IMG/VR virus record: IMGVR_UViG_3300029305_011675
DNA length: 64,000 nucleotides
Strand: one strand, 5' to 3'
Origin: a virus
Taxonomy: Duplodnaviria > Heunggongvirae > Uroviricota > Caudoviricetes
The translations under genes were made by a program, and so were the position numbers. A model generated the notes under the pieces. That model did not search any database. It was given only the letters and a program-made list of their open reading frames with translations, and was not told where the DNA came from. Below, one piece after another: positions 30,742-40,783 of the stretch; positions within the stretch are counted from its first letter, which is position 1; the number at the start of each line of letters is the position of its first letter.

Positions 30742-31437
30742 TTAGATTTTTTGGATGTTTTTCAGTTTCTTGAAGTCAACAACAACTTCGCTTTCTCCAC
30801 GAGTAGAGAAATAAGCAAGAATGTCCTTCTTGTCGATTTCTGCCGAATAGACATCGCCATCGTCGGTCCATCTGTTTGCAAACCAATGTGCTGTCTGATA
30901 ATCGGTTGTCCAAGACAAAGCGCGAACCTTTGCTCCATCACGAATACCACGATAAATCTTCACGGTTTCAGGAAGATTCTTGTAATATTCCCAATCTTCT
31001 TCAGACATCATAATCTGCTTATTCGCCTTCTTAAAAAGATTAACAAACTGAAATGCAGTAATATTTTTGTCATTATTGGGGAATTCGACAGTAATCCACA
31101 TTTCAGAAAGAAATCTTGCATAGTCTGCCGCAGACATATAAGAATTGGCAAACTTAAAGAAAGCAGGCAGGTAAGGTTTGCTCATCAGCATAAACAAATC
31201 GAAAACATCATCAATTCTGCTAATGAGAGTTTCCACATTTGCACGAGCAATTTCCAATTCATCATCCTTGGTAATGTCGAGCAATTTCATCCCGTTCGCA
31301 TCCTGTATAGGATAAACGGAATTCTGGAAAAACGGGTGGTGAACGATAAAAGCAAAATCATCGTTAAAATGCACTTCTGTATTCAGAAGAACCCTCGCAA
31401 CTCTTTTGATTTCATCCATATTGGTAATCATACTCAT
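30742..31437 (-). CDS. Hypothetical protein; C-terminus has an ART-like R-S-E pattern
   Basis: IYRG, LSWTT and RGESEVVV motifs; AGGAGG RBS. Confidence 0.65.
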   Translation of the reverse strand: MSMITNMDEIKRVARVLLNTEVHFNDDFAFIVHHPFFQNSVYPIQDANGMKLLDITKDDELEIARANVETLISRIDDVFDLFMLMSKPYLPAFFKFANSYMSAADYARFLSEMWITVEFPNNDKNITAFQFVNLFKKANKQIMMSEEDWEYYKNLPETVKIYRGIRDGAKVRALSWTTDYQTAHWFANRWTDDGDVYSAEIDKKDILAYFSTRGESEVVVDFKKLKNIQKI

Positions 31438-31574
31438 ATCCTCCTTCTTATTTATGTAAAATACCAACAAAAACATTATATCATAACGACATAAAATCCT
31501 CAAGAATTATTTTTCACAGTTGACAATGTTTGTGTTTTATGGTATAATATTAGCAAGAAAAAGGAGGGGTAAAT

Positions 31575-31703
31575 ATGCTTTTCAAAAAGAAATATCAAAG
31601 TCATTCTATTATGAGCAGATTCAATTTTTCAAAACTAAAACGCCCAACTCTTAAAAAAGGAACTTCTTTAATGTCACAATGTCGATACAATAAAGATGCA
31701 TAA
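31575..31703 (+). CDS. Small basic protein (42 aa; absent from the ORF track)
   Basis: AGGAGG RBS after the consensus promoter at 31520; its stop overlaps the next RBS. Confidence 0.5.
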   Translation: MLFKKKYQSHSIMSRFNFSKLKRPTLKKGTSLMSQCRYNKDA

Positions 31704-31714
31704 GGAGAAAAAAT

Positions 31715-32254
31715 ATGTCTTACACATTTGTATACAATAAAAAAGATGGATGGTGGTTAAAAATTTCCAGCATTCGAGAACTTTTGATATACTGGGAAAC
31801 CTATACTGACTTATTCGATAAAGCATTGGAGCATTTGCCCCAAACCAAAGAATTTGGTCGTGGAATGGAACATGCCAACACAATTGATACACTAATTGGT
31901 TTTTATGCAAAATCCCACAAACTTTTGTTTGAAGAAGCAAAAAATGAAATTCTGTGCGATATTAAGAAGGAACAATATAAAGCGCTGAATGAAAAAGGTG
32001 CAATTTTTATCAATCAGAAACACGGTTGGAATTCTGTTGAAAGAGAAACCGAACAGTTCGTTCATCGAAGAAATTTAGTTTTTCCAGATGTAAAGAATGG
32101 AAAAATCAAAATCGAGCGGTATCCTCTCGGTAATCATTATTATATCTTTATTGATGATATCCAACTTCGAAATGGAGATAATCTCAAATGGAATACTCCA
32201 GAAGAAGCAAAAGAATTCGTTGAGAATTTCATCAAGGAGGCAAACGATGGATAA
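31715..32254 (+). CDS. Hypothetical protein, paralogue of 28852-29412
   Basis: Shared motifs; RBS. Confidence 0.7.
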   Translation: MSYTFVYNKKDGWWLKISSIRELLIYWETYTDLFDKALEHLPQTKEFGRGMEHANTIDTLIGFYAKSHKLLFEEAKNEILCDIKKEQYKALNEKGAIFINQKHGWNSVERETEQFVHRRNLVFPDVKNGKIKIERYPLGNHYYIFIDDIQLRNGDNLKWNTPEEAKEFVENFIKEANDG

Positions 32255-32510
32255 GATTGGTTTCAAAAATGTTTCTTTGGAGTTTATGCTCCAACATCTT
32301 GTAGACGAAATCACAAAGGGTGTAGAACCAATTGATTTCTATTGGTATCACGAAGATACTGGTTTGCACGAAATTGTAGAATGTGATTTGTATCGAGGTC
32401 GTTTTATTACAGACGATGGGGATTTTTCAGAATTTGAATGGGAAAAAGAACACTCCCTTATCTATATAAAAGACACAGATTATATGGCACAAAATAACAA
32501 GGTAGGTTAG
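32247..32510 (+). CDS. Hypothetical protein
   Basis: AGGAGG RBS before ATG 32247. Confidence 0.65.
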   Translation: MDKIGFKNVSLEFMLQHLVDEITKGVEPIDFYWYHEDTGLHEIVECDLYRGRFITDDGDFSEFEWEKEHSLIYIKDTDYMAQNNKVG

Positions 32511-32622
32511 CAAAACCTACCTTGTTTTGTTAAACAAAAGTTTTTACATCTCTATTGACATTCGATGGTTTTTGTGCTAAAATTAAACTAAACCAAATAA
32601 TAAACAAAGGAGTTTTCCAACT

Positions 32623-33123
32623 ATGATGGATGTTTATCTTACTTATGATAGATATGAGCACAACGAATGGTTTTATGTTTATCACATTGACACTGATTAT
32701 GACAGTGCATACAAATCTCTTATCGAAGAAGATTTATTTAGTTTCATTTCTTACGGACCTGATGATTGCCACTCTTTCCAAATGGTAAAAATCAGTGTAT
32801 CTCGCAGCACTTACTACAAACTTCGCAAATGGGTAAATGCAGATGAACTCGATAAAGAAGAACAAGATAAGTTTGACAAGTTCATGACGAAGGTTTACCA
32901 AAATTATTTTGAATGCGAAAGTCTTGTCTTTACCGATGGTCAATCTGACTTTTTTGAAATTATTGAAGAAGTTTGCGGTGAAGAACCCAACGAAGAAGAT
33001 TACGACAGCGAAGAAGAATACGAAGAAGCATTGGCAGAATACGAAAATCTAAAAGATGAATTATGTTCTGTTGATGAAAAGTTTAAAGAAGCACTTCGCA
33101 GTCACATCGCTAATTGTTATTAA
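32623..33123 (+). CDS. Acidic hypothetical protein
   Basis: RBS and promoter. Confidence 0.7.
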   Translation: MMDVYLTYDRYEHNEWFYVYHIDTDYDSAYKSLIEEDLFSFISYGPDDCHSFQMVKISVSRSTYYKLRKWVNADELDKEEQDKFDKFMTKVYQNYFECESLVFTDGQSDFFEIIEEVCGEEPNEEDYDSEEEYEEALAEYENLKDELCSVDEKFKEALRSHIANCY

Positions 33124-33140
33124 TTGGAGGTTTGTAAGAA

Positions 33141-33779
33141 ATGTATAAAGAAAAAGATATTAGAGAAGTTTTAGAAAAGATGATAGAAGACGAAAATACA
33201 GAACTTTCTTCTTTCAAAGATATAATTGTTAAATTTTTTAACGATTATAAAAACATTGGTGCATTAAGTCCCGTATTTTGTTGCGATGCATTTGAAGCAA
33301 TGTGTGAACATTTGGGTATCGAAGATGCACACGATTATCCATATGCAGAAGAAAATGCCAACGAAATGTTAAAACTTTTTCAGCAATTTTTCGACCTCGA
33401 TATTGACGAAAAAAGCAAAAGAGAACTTGTGCATAATTTTGCTAAAAACTTTGCGGAATGTTCGGATGATGCAGATTACTGCGAAGGCAAAATCTACATC
33501 ATTGTCAAAAACCTATCAGAAAATAACGAATATAGCATCGTAGAAGAATTTGACGATTGGGATGCGGCAGAAAAATATGCTGACGAATGGTATACTGGTT
33601 GTTGCGACGACCTATATATTGGAGAAAATATGCTATTCCCAATTCTTTGCCAAGTTCAAAGTCGTGAATGGGATACTGTAATGAACTTCTGCTCTATTGT
33701 AGAATTTGATGCTACTTGCATTGAAGAAGGGCGTGAATCTTGGGAGCAAGCAAATTGCGACGGCGAAGATGACGACTAA
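33141..33779 (+). CDS. Acidic hypothetical protein
   Basis: GGAGG RBS; terminator follows. Confidence 0.7.
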   Translation: MYKEKDIREVLEKMIEDENTELSSFKDIIVKFFNDYKNIGALSPVFCCDAFEAMCEHLGIEDAHDYPYAEENANEMLKLFQQFFDLDIDEKSKRELVHNFAKNFAECSDDADYCEGKIYIIVKNLSENNEYSIVEEFDDWDAAEKYADEWYTGCCDDLYIGENMLFPILCQVQSREWDTVMNFCSIVEFDATCIEEGRESWEQANCDGEDDD

Positions 33780-33887
33780 TAACAAAACTCCTTACTTTTT
33801 GTAAGGAGTTTTTTTGCATGATTTTTAAATGTAAAGCAAAAACATGACAGCAAAATTCGCAAAAAGTTAGGCTAAAAATGACCAAAA

Positions 33888-33950
33888 AGTTTTAAGAAAA
33901 TCGCCACTCCGTATTTTTGAGAGATGAAATAACCGTATTTTTTCGAAACT
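33888..33950. repeat. Spaced palindromic site, copy 1
   Basis: AGTTT-N20-ATTTTTGAGAGAT-N20-AAACT. Confidence 0.65.
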
Positions 33951-34089
33951 TCGACCAGTACATGATTTTTACATGACGGGCAGTCGGCACAGCATGCAAA
34001 CCCTTCCCTCATCAACATATAATTCTCCCTTGCAAAAATGCATTTTTTGTTATATAATTTTCACATCAAAAACGAAAGGATGTTTTTTA

Positions 34090-35565
34090 ATGAAAAAATT
34101 TTTATCAATATTGTTGGCAACCCTATTGCTTGTGTCTATGACCGCTTGCGGAGGTAATAAAGACACAAATACTGAAACAAATCCAGATACAAATCAAACC
34201 ACCCCTTCAACAGAAGAATCTACTCCCAATACTGAAGATAGCACTTCTGTCGAAAGTAAATTTGACTGGGAGATTAGAGATATTGAAAGACCTGACGACA
34301 AAATCACCTTAAGAACTGTTAAAAAGACAATTGCAGAAGGTGTGTCTACACAAAATACACTCACCGATTCTCGTTTGACAAATTACACGGCAGAGAGCGT
34401 AAAAGAAAAACTTTCGAAAAATGAATTTATCGCAAACAAATATGTTCTTGGTTTATCGTATAACGAAGAAACATATTATGAAGAGTATAGTGACATTGGC
34501 CTTCAAAAAAGATACCATTATAATCACTCTGTTGTAGGTGTACTAAAAGAAGATGCAACAGATTCGAAGTATTTTAACGACCTTCGCATTACTTATTACG
34601 GAGATACCAATATTACAACTGGTTACGATACCGTATCTGTGAAATTAAGCGATGTTGAAGCAAAGAAAGAAAATCAGGTGACAATTCTTAAAGTATTAGA
34701 AGATTGTATGCCACAAGAAATTGCTTACTATCTTGTTTATGCCCAAGATGATGATGGCAAAATGAAAGATGGTAAAAAACTTAATGACGGAAAAGATTTG
34801 TATATTACCTTCAAAGACGACAATTTTGTTTATTATTTGAAGCGTGAACTTAAAGAAGCAGAAAAATACAATGATGCAAGCGTTAGTTTCACCTATGGTG
34901 TGTTAGAAGAAAAATTCACCAACAAATATGAATTCTATACTGGTAACTACAAAAGCAAAAACGACAGTATGAAATATATGCCAAACGAATTTTTCAGCTC
35001 AAAACTTGGCAACCTCAATTTGACCACAGAACCATCTAAATTCATGGATGCTTATTTCAAAGCAGGTAGTGACAAATATGTTGGCACACAAATCAGAGAT
35101 GGTTGGTATTGGTTAACTCAAACAATTGGCGATAACGGTGTCAATGTATATGAAGTGAGAGTAGAACCAGTTGGTGGCGACGAAAACTATGCACTTATCG
35201 CTTGTCCATATTTAGAAATTACTTATGAAGTGGTTGAAAAAGACGGAAAAGTGATAGATATGTATTATACTATTGAAAATCAGTCAACCAATATTGACGA
35301 TAGTTCAGATGTAACAACAAGTCACAAGAAGTTATTAACAAATATGACAAAGCAAATGAAGATGATTCTTGGCGATGATGCAGATTTATCCGCTCTATCT
35401 TACGACAATCTCAAAGTATCCAGCGATACAAAACGAGAGGGTTCTACCGAAGTAACTATCAATTTTGGTGGAACAGAACAAAAAGTTAAAGTTACAGTAT
35501 CTCTTGGGCATAGCATGCTTGACACTTGGAGAGGTTCTTATAAGTTAAGTATTAGCATGTTTTAA
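34090..35565 (+). CDS. Large lipoprotein
   Basis: Lipobox MTAC; T/S/E linker; start at MKKFLS. Confidence 0.8.
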   Translation: MKKFLSILLATLLLVSMTACGGNKDTNTETNPDTNQTTPSTEESTPNTEDSTSVESKFDWEIRDIERPDDKITLRTVKKTIAEGVSTQNTLTDSRLTNYTAESVKEKLSKNEFIANKYVLGLSYNEETYYEEYSDIGLQKRYHYNHSVVGVLKEDATDSKYFNDLRITYYGDTNITTGYDTVSVKLSDVEAKKENQVTILKVLEDCMPQEIAYYLVYAQDDDGKMKDGKKLNDGKDLYITFKDDNFVYYLKRELKEAEKYNDASVSFTYGVLEEKFTNKYEFYTGNYKSKNDSMKYMPNEFFSSKLGNLNLTTEPSKFMDAYFKAGSDKYVGTQIRDGWYWLTQTIGDNGVNVYEVRVEPVGGDENYALIACPYLEITYEVVEKDGKVIDMYYTIENQSTNIDDSSDVTTSHKKLLTNMTKQMKMILGDDADLSALSYDNLKVSSDTKREGSTEVTINFGGTEQKVKVTVSLGHSMLDTWRGSYKLSISMF

Positions 35566-35651
35566 TACAAAAGATGTTCGGGCAACCGAACATCTTTTTT
35601 ACACTATTTTTCCCGAAAGACAAGTGTAACATCATATCTAATTTTTACAAT

Positions 35652-35695
35652 TTCCACCCACCCCTCCACCCCAATCCCCTAAAAAAGCAAACTCA
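35652..35695 (-). repeat. C-rich element, inverted relative to 37976-38020 and 38912-38954
   Basis: Reverse complement TGAGTTTGCTTTTTTAGGGGATTGGGGTGGAGGGGTGGG aligns with 37976. Confidence 0.65.
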
Positions 35696-35965
35696 ACCAC
35701 ATCACACCCATTAAATAAAATACACCCAAAGGGTGTATTTTTCATCTAAAAAGCGACAAGAATATGTCACATATAACATAATCCACTCAAAATATGTCAT
35801 ATATGACATAGCCTCACCGTTCACGATACTTAAATAAGTTAACAAAAAAGCATTAAAACACCCGTTATAAAAATCCACTATCCAGCGATAGTGGATTTTG
35901 TTTTCCTGAAAAACAAGCAAATCGCAACGAACTGGTGCACGACAAAAGGTCAAAGATTCACAAAA

Positions 35966-36027
35966 AGTTTCCAAGAGTCACCGCAGTCTCATCTTTCAGA
36001 GATGAAATCCGCTCCAAATTGAAAACT
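35966..36027. repeat. Spaced palindromic site, copy 2
   Basis: AGTTT-N20-ATCTTTCAGAGAT-N19-AAACT. Confidence 0.7.
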
Positions 36028-36356
36028 ATTTTTACCTGATTACTTCCCCTGCCAGAACCTGATTGGGCAATAACTGCCCGCCCTTTCCTGCATAACTCAT
36101 CAAAATAGCAAACAGACAATTTCTTATAACCCTCCATATGCAACAATATAACCTCTCCCCCACCAATCCCTTTGTCCACGATTCTCTAATATAGCAAACA
36201 TAATACAAGGATAACTATAGTTTCCCGACATACATCCATGTATAACCAAAAGCACAACACAGAATATATCCGACAAAAAGCAAATAAACAGTTGACACTT
36301 AACCTCCAGTATGATATAATAACAGCATAAAATAAAAGGATAAAGGAGGGCACACA

Positions 36357-37202
36357 ATGGAACATAAGACTTATAGGAGATACACAAAACCCGTAGAGCA
36401 CGAATACGAACTAAAATTTAAAATGCATTCTATCAGAAGAATCGCAGAAATCACTGGCAAAGTAACCAACTTTGAAGTACTCCAATTTTCCACAGGCAAC
36501 AATCTTCGTATAGATATGGGAAGAAACCATTACTATTTCCTATATGATGATGTAGCAAAAAGAATAAAAAAGGATTTAGAAAAGAATACACACCTCACCA
36601 TTCAATATATTGTAGATAAAGATAGTGAATGGCATATCGCATCTTGTATAAACCACACCCAAAACTATACGATTATCAATCAGTATTATCAGTCAGTACT
36701 GGAATATAAAGAAAAGACAGAGAAGGCATACCAAAAGGCATATAATATTCTATACCCTTATAGAGGCGAGGATATGCTATGGTTTGTATTGACTCGCAGT
36801 GATAAAGAAGGATATAAATACAAACTCGAAAAAATCGAAAAAGCATCCGATTATCATAAATCATACAATGACCCTTCTGCTATTTCCTTATTAGGTAGGA
36901 AATACTTTGGAGATAATTATAGAGAAGTCCTATATTCCTATTCGTATTGTTCACAGGGTTGTATTATCGATGAACCAGAGTACGATAAGGTATATGCATA
37001 TTCTCATACGACATCTTATAAACAGAAAGATTGCTCTTGGTGCAAGAACGAAGCATACGATAATTATTCTCTTCGAATGGGCGGATATGCGTCTGACTAT
37101 TTTTGTGCATATTGCTTCTTTGAGGAAAATGGTATTGAAGTTCCAGAAGAGTTCGTCACAGGAAATATAGACAAGGAGAACAAGGGATATGAAGTTGAAT
37201 AA
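36357..37202 (+). CDS. Hypothetical protein with C-terminal CxxC...CxxC
   Basis: Promoter at 36292; AGGAGG RBS. Confidence 0.75.
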   Translation: MEHKTYRRYTKPVEHEYELKFKMHSIRRIAEITGKVTNFEVLQFSTGNNLRIDMGRNHYYFLYDDVAKRIKKDLEKNTHLTIQYIVDKDSEWHIASCINHTQNYTIINQYYQSVLEYKEKTEKAYQKAYNILYPYRGEDMLWFVLTRSDKEGYKYKLEKIEKASDYHKSYNDPSAISLLGRKYFGDNYREVLYSYSYCSQGCIIDEPEYDKVYAYSHTTSYKQKDCSWCKNEAYDNYSLRMGGYASDYFCAYCFFEENGIEVPEEFVTGNIDKENKGYEVE

Positions 37203-37881
37203 GAAAGAATTTCTCGAAAATTGCACCTATGAAATCGAGCATAATGAAACATTTGATGTAATTACTAATAATGAGTGGTATAAAAGGTCTGCTCATTTTG
37301 GACACTTCACAATTAAACTCGTTCACGAGGATTTAGATACTGATGTTAAAACAGAAGTATGTAAAGTTACAGTAACCAAGATACCGAGTTCTTTCCACGA
37401 ATACGAAAAGTATTTGGATTACAGCATGGCACAAAAGATGGAGTTTCTCGATAAGGATGGTCTTGGCGAAGTGGCACGAACCCTTGGTCTTTTTGACGAT
37501 GGAGAAGTATCTCCTTTTGAAGAAAAGTGGGAGGGAGATTATAGTTATATGTTCTCCGAACTATATTATGGCAATCTGTATGTAGTAACCAATATTGAAG
37601 TAAATAAACTTTATCGTGGACATAAGTTTGGCAATATGGTTATTGGTGATTTAACAGATATTATTTCTGAATTTGCTTGCGACGAAGCACCCACTATTGC
37701 AGTACTCGCATATCCCCACGGTTATAGTGAGAAATATAAAGACCATTTTGAAAGTTGGCATAAGAGACTTTATAAGTTTTATTCCAGTTGTAAAAATGAT
37801 TTGATTGAGGTAACACCGAAGGTGTTCTTTTTCAGTCCTTGTGCTCATGCGCATAATGATAAAAGGTTGATGCCAGAATAA
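37189..37881 (+). CDS. GNAT-like protein, distant paralogue of 24121-24762
   Basis: IEVNKLYRGHKFG...AYP...LYKFY. Confidence 0.6.
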   Translation: MKLNKKEFLENCTYEIEHNETFDVITNNEWYKRSAHFGHFTIKLVHEDLDTDVKTEVCKVTVTKIPSSFHEYEKYLDYSMAQKMEFLDKDGLGEVARTLGLFDDGEVSPFEEKWEGDYSYMFSELYYGNLYVVTNIEVNKLYRGHKFGNMVIGDLTDIISEFACDEAPTIAVLAYPHGYSEKYKDHFESWHKRLYKFYSSCKNDLIEVTPKVFFFSPCAHAHNDKRLMPE

Positions 37882-37975
37882 TAATAGATAATAAAAGACA
37901 CTCATCAAAACGGTGAGTGTCTTTTTTGTATATGGGGTATATAATAGGTGTCGTTGACAGGAAGGTTAAGGAGAG

Positions 37976-38020
37976 TGAGTTTACTTTTTTGAGGGGTTAT
38001 GGTGGGAGGAGGGGTGGGAA
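37976..38020 (+). repeat. G-rich element with G-quadruplex potential
   Basis: GGGG/GGG/GGGG/GGG tracts; related to 35652 (inverted) and 38912 (direct). Confidence 0.65.
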
Positions 38021-38101
38021 GTTAACTTAATTAACTTATTTAGTAAGTTAACATTCTTTATAATGTCAAGACCCCCGACGATTGTCGGGGGTCTTTTTCT
38101 G

Positions 38102-38398
38102 TTATGCAGTTTCTTCTACAGTCTCAAAGCATCGCCAGAAATCGGAATAATCCTTATGCTCGGTACAGCACAGAGCATTGTACTCCTCAATCAGATTACC
38201 GTATACATCGTATGCTTCATCACGGATATAGAGAGTGGTTTCGCCAGACATAGCAATCGCCTTTTCGTAAAGGGGTCTTTCCTTCTTATCGAAGTTGGTG
38301 AGCAAATTTTCATCCTGCTCATTATAGGATTCCTGAATGTCGCAAGAACGCTCCATCTCAATCTCGTTGTGGTCAACATCGTGCATAAAAGTTTTCAT
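38102..38398 (-). CDS. Hypothetical protein
   Basis: AGGAGG RBS before MKTFMH; terminator 38068-38097. Confidence 0.65.
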   Translation of the reverse strand: MKTFMHDVDHNEIEMERSCDIQESYNEQDENLLTNFDKKERPLYEKAIAMSGETTLYIRDEAYDVYGNLIEEYNALCCTEHKDYSDFWRCFETVEETA

Positions 38399-38606
38399 TG
38401 TTGTTCCTCCTGAAAATATTATTAAGTAATTTGCAGTCTCCTTCATAGATGAAAAAGAATACGGATATATTGTAGTTGTTTGACAGTTTTTTCTCAAGAA
38501 ATGGTTTTTTAGGAGTGGCAACAAAATATTAGAAAGAGTGAAGAATATGACAAAAGTGTGAAGTTGCAGCAGGATGTGCCCGTAACTGCAGTATCAGGAA
38601 TATGAA

Positions 38607-38668
38607 AGTTTTCAATTTTACTACGATGGGAATTTTCAGAGATGCATTTTGGTCATTTTTCAGAAACT
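38607..38668. repeat. Spaced palindromic site, copy 3
   Basis: AGTTT-N19-AATTTTCAGAGAT-N20-AAACT; preceded by TAACTGCAGTAT. Confidence 0.7.
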
Positions 38669-38807
38669 TTCACTTGTGTCAGAATTGTGTCGCTTACGTA
38701 TAAATAGAAGAGCGACCTGTGCTTCAATGACACACTTTATTTTTACCTGTTAAGTATTAGTTTTTTGGCAGTTAACTGCAGTATGAATAACAGTTAATTA
38801 TAAGAAA

Positions 38808-38869
38808 AGTTTCAAAGAATTACGGTAGGATTATCTCTGAAAGATGAAATAGTGTTATTTTTGGAAACT
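38808..38869. repeat. Spaced palindromic site, copy 4 (core inverted)
   Basis: AGTTT-N20-ATCTCTGAAAGAT-N19-AAACT; preceded by TAACTGCAGTAT. Confidence 0.7.
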
Positions 38870-38911
38870 GTATCGGGTTTAAGTGTTACCTGCCAAGGGG
38901 CGGAATTGAGA

Positions 38912-38954
38912 TGAGTTAAGTGTGTGAGGGGTTATGAAGAGGAGGGAGGGTGGA
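38912..38954 (+). repeat. G-rich element, copy 3
   Basis: TGAGTT...TGAGGGGTTATG shared with 37976. Confidence 0.55.
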
Positions 38955-39053
38955 TAACTTATAAGATTTGTCGAAATTTTCACAAATATCTTTGACAAAA
39001 AAAGAAATATCATCTATGCTACATTTAACACAAATGAAAGGAATGATTTTCTT

Positions 39054-40730
39054 ATGAAATTATTTAAATCAAAAGCGGGTTTTACTTTGATTGAATTACT
39101 CGTTGTAATTGGTATTTTAGCAGTGCTTGCTGCTATTGCTATTCCATCAGTCGCTGGTTTAATCGATAGAGCGAATGTCTCTGCTGATAAAACCAATAGT
39201 AACGAGATGACTAATGCAATTGAGAGGTTCACTTCGGAGTATGAACTCTATTGTCAAGATATTGCTTCTGGTGTAATTAAGTCTGGTCAAACATCGGACT
39301 TCGATAGTGCTCAAGGCAGAGTATATAATGTAACGAAAGTTACGGACAGAAATGGTATTTCCACATTAGAAAAAGATGCATCTGCAGGACCAAGCACTAC
39401 AGGTCCCGCAATTTACAGAGATACAAAATATCCCGTAAATGCAGAAACAGTGAAAGCCATCGTCGAAAATTACACAAAAACTTCTTCATCAACCTTTGAA
39501 CCAAAACAAAGCGATATGCATTTTTGGTACAGTCCTGCTTGTGGTGTTGTGGTAGTTGCTACACCAGAATCCAGTATTGCAGAGAAAAACGATTTAATCA
39601 TCTCTGGCATGGATGCGAAAGGTAGAGAACTTGATGACAGTGCTGAAATTTGGATTGACCTCACAAGTAGTATTAATAATGGTGAGCAAAGTGGGGGAAG
39701 CAACGATGACCCTTCCGCAATAAGTGCACAACCTGGATTATACGAAACAGGGTCAAACTATACAGTACTAATCAAAACTTGGGATGAACTCATCGCAGAC
39801 GGCATTATCCAAGAAACCGATGGTGTTATTAAAGGTGTGTCCGCCAAAAAAGCAGATTTAAATGGTGACCTTTACTTATCAACAACTGCAACAACCATTG
39901 GTTCTTGTGCATTCCAGAATTGGCAAGGCATAACGGGTGTTTATGTACCAGACAATATAACTACCGCAGAATCAATGGCCTTCCAAATGTGTTATTCGCT
40001 TACGAGTGTAAGACTTCCAAAAACACAAATTACTAATGGCAGATATATGTTCCTTGAATGCAAAGGTCTTATAGAAATTACAATTCCAGACGGTTGGACT
40101 TCCATACCATATGGTTTTTGCCAATATGCAAATAAATTAACAACAGCAAACCTTCCAAGCACATTAAAGACTATCGAGCAAAATGCATTTAATAGTTGTT
40201 CTAAATTAACAAATTTCACATTACCAGAAGGTCTTGAAAAAGTTGGAAGAGCCGCCTTCCATTATTGTTATGGCATCAAAAATCTTGTATTGCCAAGTAC
40301 ATTGAAAGTTGTAGAACCTTATGCATTCCAATCGTTAACTGGTCTCGAAAGTATGACAATGAAAAGTGCTATTGGAGACATTTCTTCTTGGACGAATTGC
40401 TCTTATTACGACCAACCATTTATGAATCCTTGCAACATGGTAACTTTAACTATTGACGAAAGTGTCACAACAATTCCTACAAATACTTTCGTATATGCAA
40501 GAAAAATCAAAACAATTTATATTCCATCAACAATGACACATATCGCCGATGGTGCATTCCATTTAGACGAATTTAATCCCTATAATTATGAAATTACCAT
40601 CCACTATGATGGAACAATCGAACAGTGGAATAGTATTGCTACGAACAAAATGTTCTCAACTAGAAATGGTGCAGACACATTAACTTGTACAGTAATTTGC
40701 ACAGACGGTGAAACAATTATGACCAAATAA
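39054..40730 (+). CDS. Type IV pilin-like protein 2 with BspA-type LRR C-terminus
   Basis: AG|FTLIELL prepilin motif; LPSTLKTIEQNAF repeats; promoter at 38992. Confidence 0.85.
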   Translation: MKLFKSKAGFTLIELLVVIGILAVLAAIAIPSVAGLIDRANVSADKTNSNEMTNAIERFTSEYELYCQDIASGVIKSGQTSDFDSAQGRVYNVTKVTDRNGISTLEKDASAGPSTTGPAIYRDTKYPVNAETVKAIVENYTKTSSSTFEPKQSDMHFWYSPACGVVVVATPESSIAEKNDLIISGMDAKGRELDDSAEIWIDLTSSINNGEQSGGSNDDPSAISAQPGLYETGSNYTVLIKTWDELIADGIIQETDGVIKGVSAKKADLNGDLYLSTTATTIGSCAFQNWQGITGVYVPDNITTAESMAFQMCYSLTSVRLPKTQITNGRYMFLECKGLIEITIPDGWTSIPYGFCQYANKLTTANLPSTLKTIEQNAFNSCSKLTNFTLPEGLEKVGRAAFHYCYGIKNLVLPSTLKVVEPYAFQSLTGLESMTMKSAIGDISSWTNCSYYDQPFMNPCNMVTLTIDESVTTIPTNTFVYARKIKTIYIPSTMTHIADGAFHLDEFNPYNYEITIHYDGTIEQWNSIATNKMFSTRNGADTLTCTVICTDGETIMTK

Positions 40731-40783
40731 CATATGTAATATTTCAATCAATATCTTTTAATTAAACGAAAGGATGATTTCAA

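Noticed and set aside
33800-39000. CRISPR array or DnaA-box cluster
   Set aside because: Repeats are dispersed and degenerate, no cas genes are present, and only isolated mismatched DnaA-like 9-mers occur.
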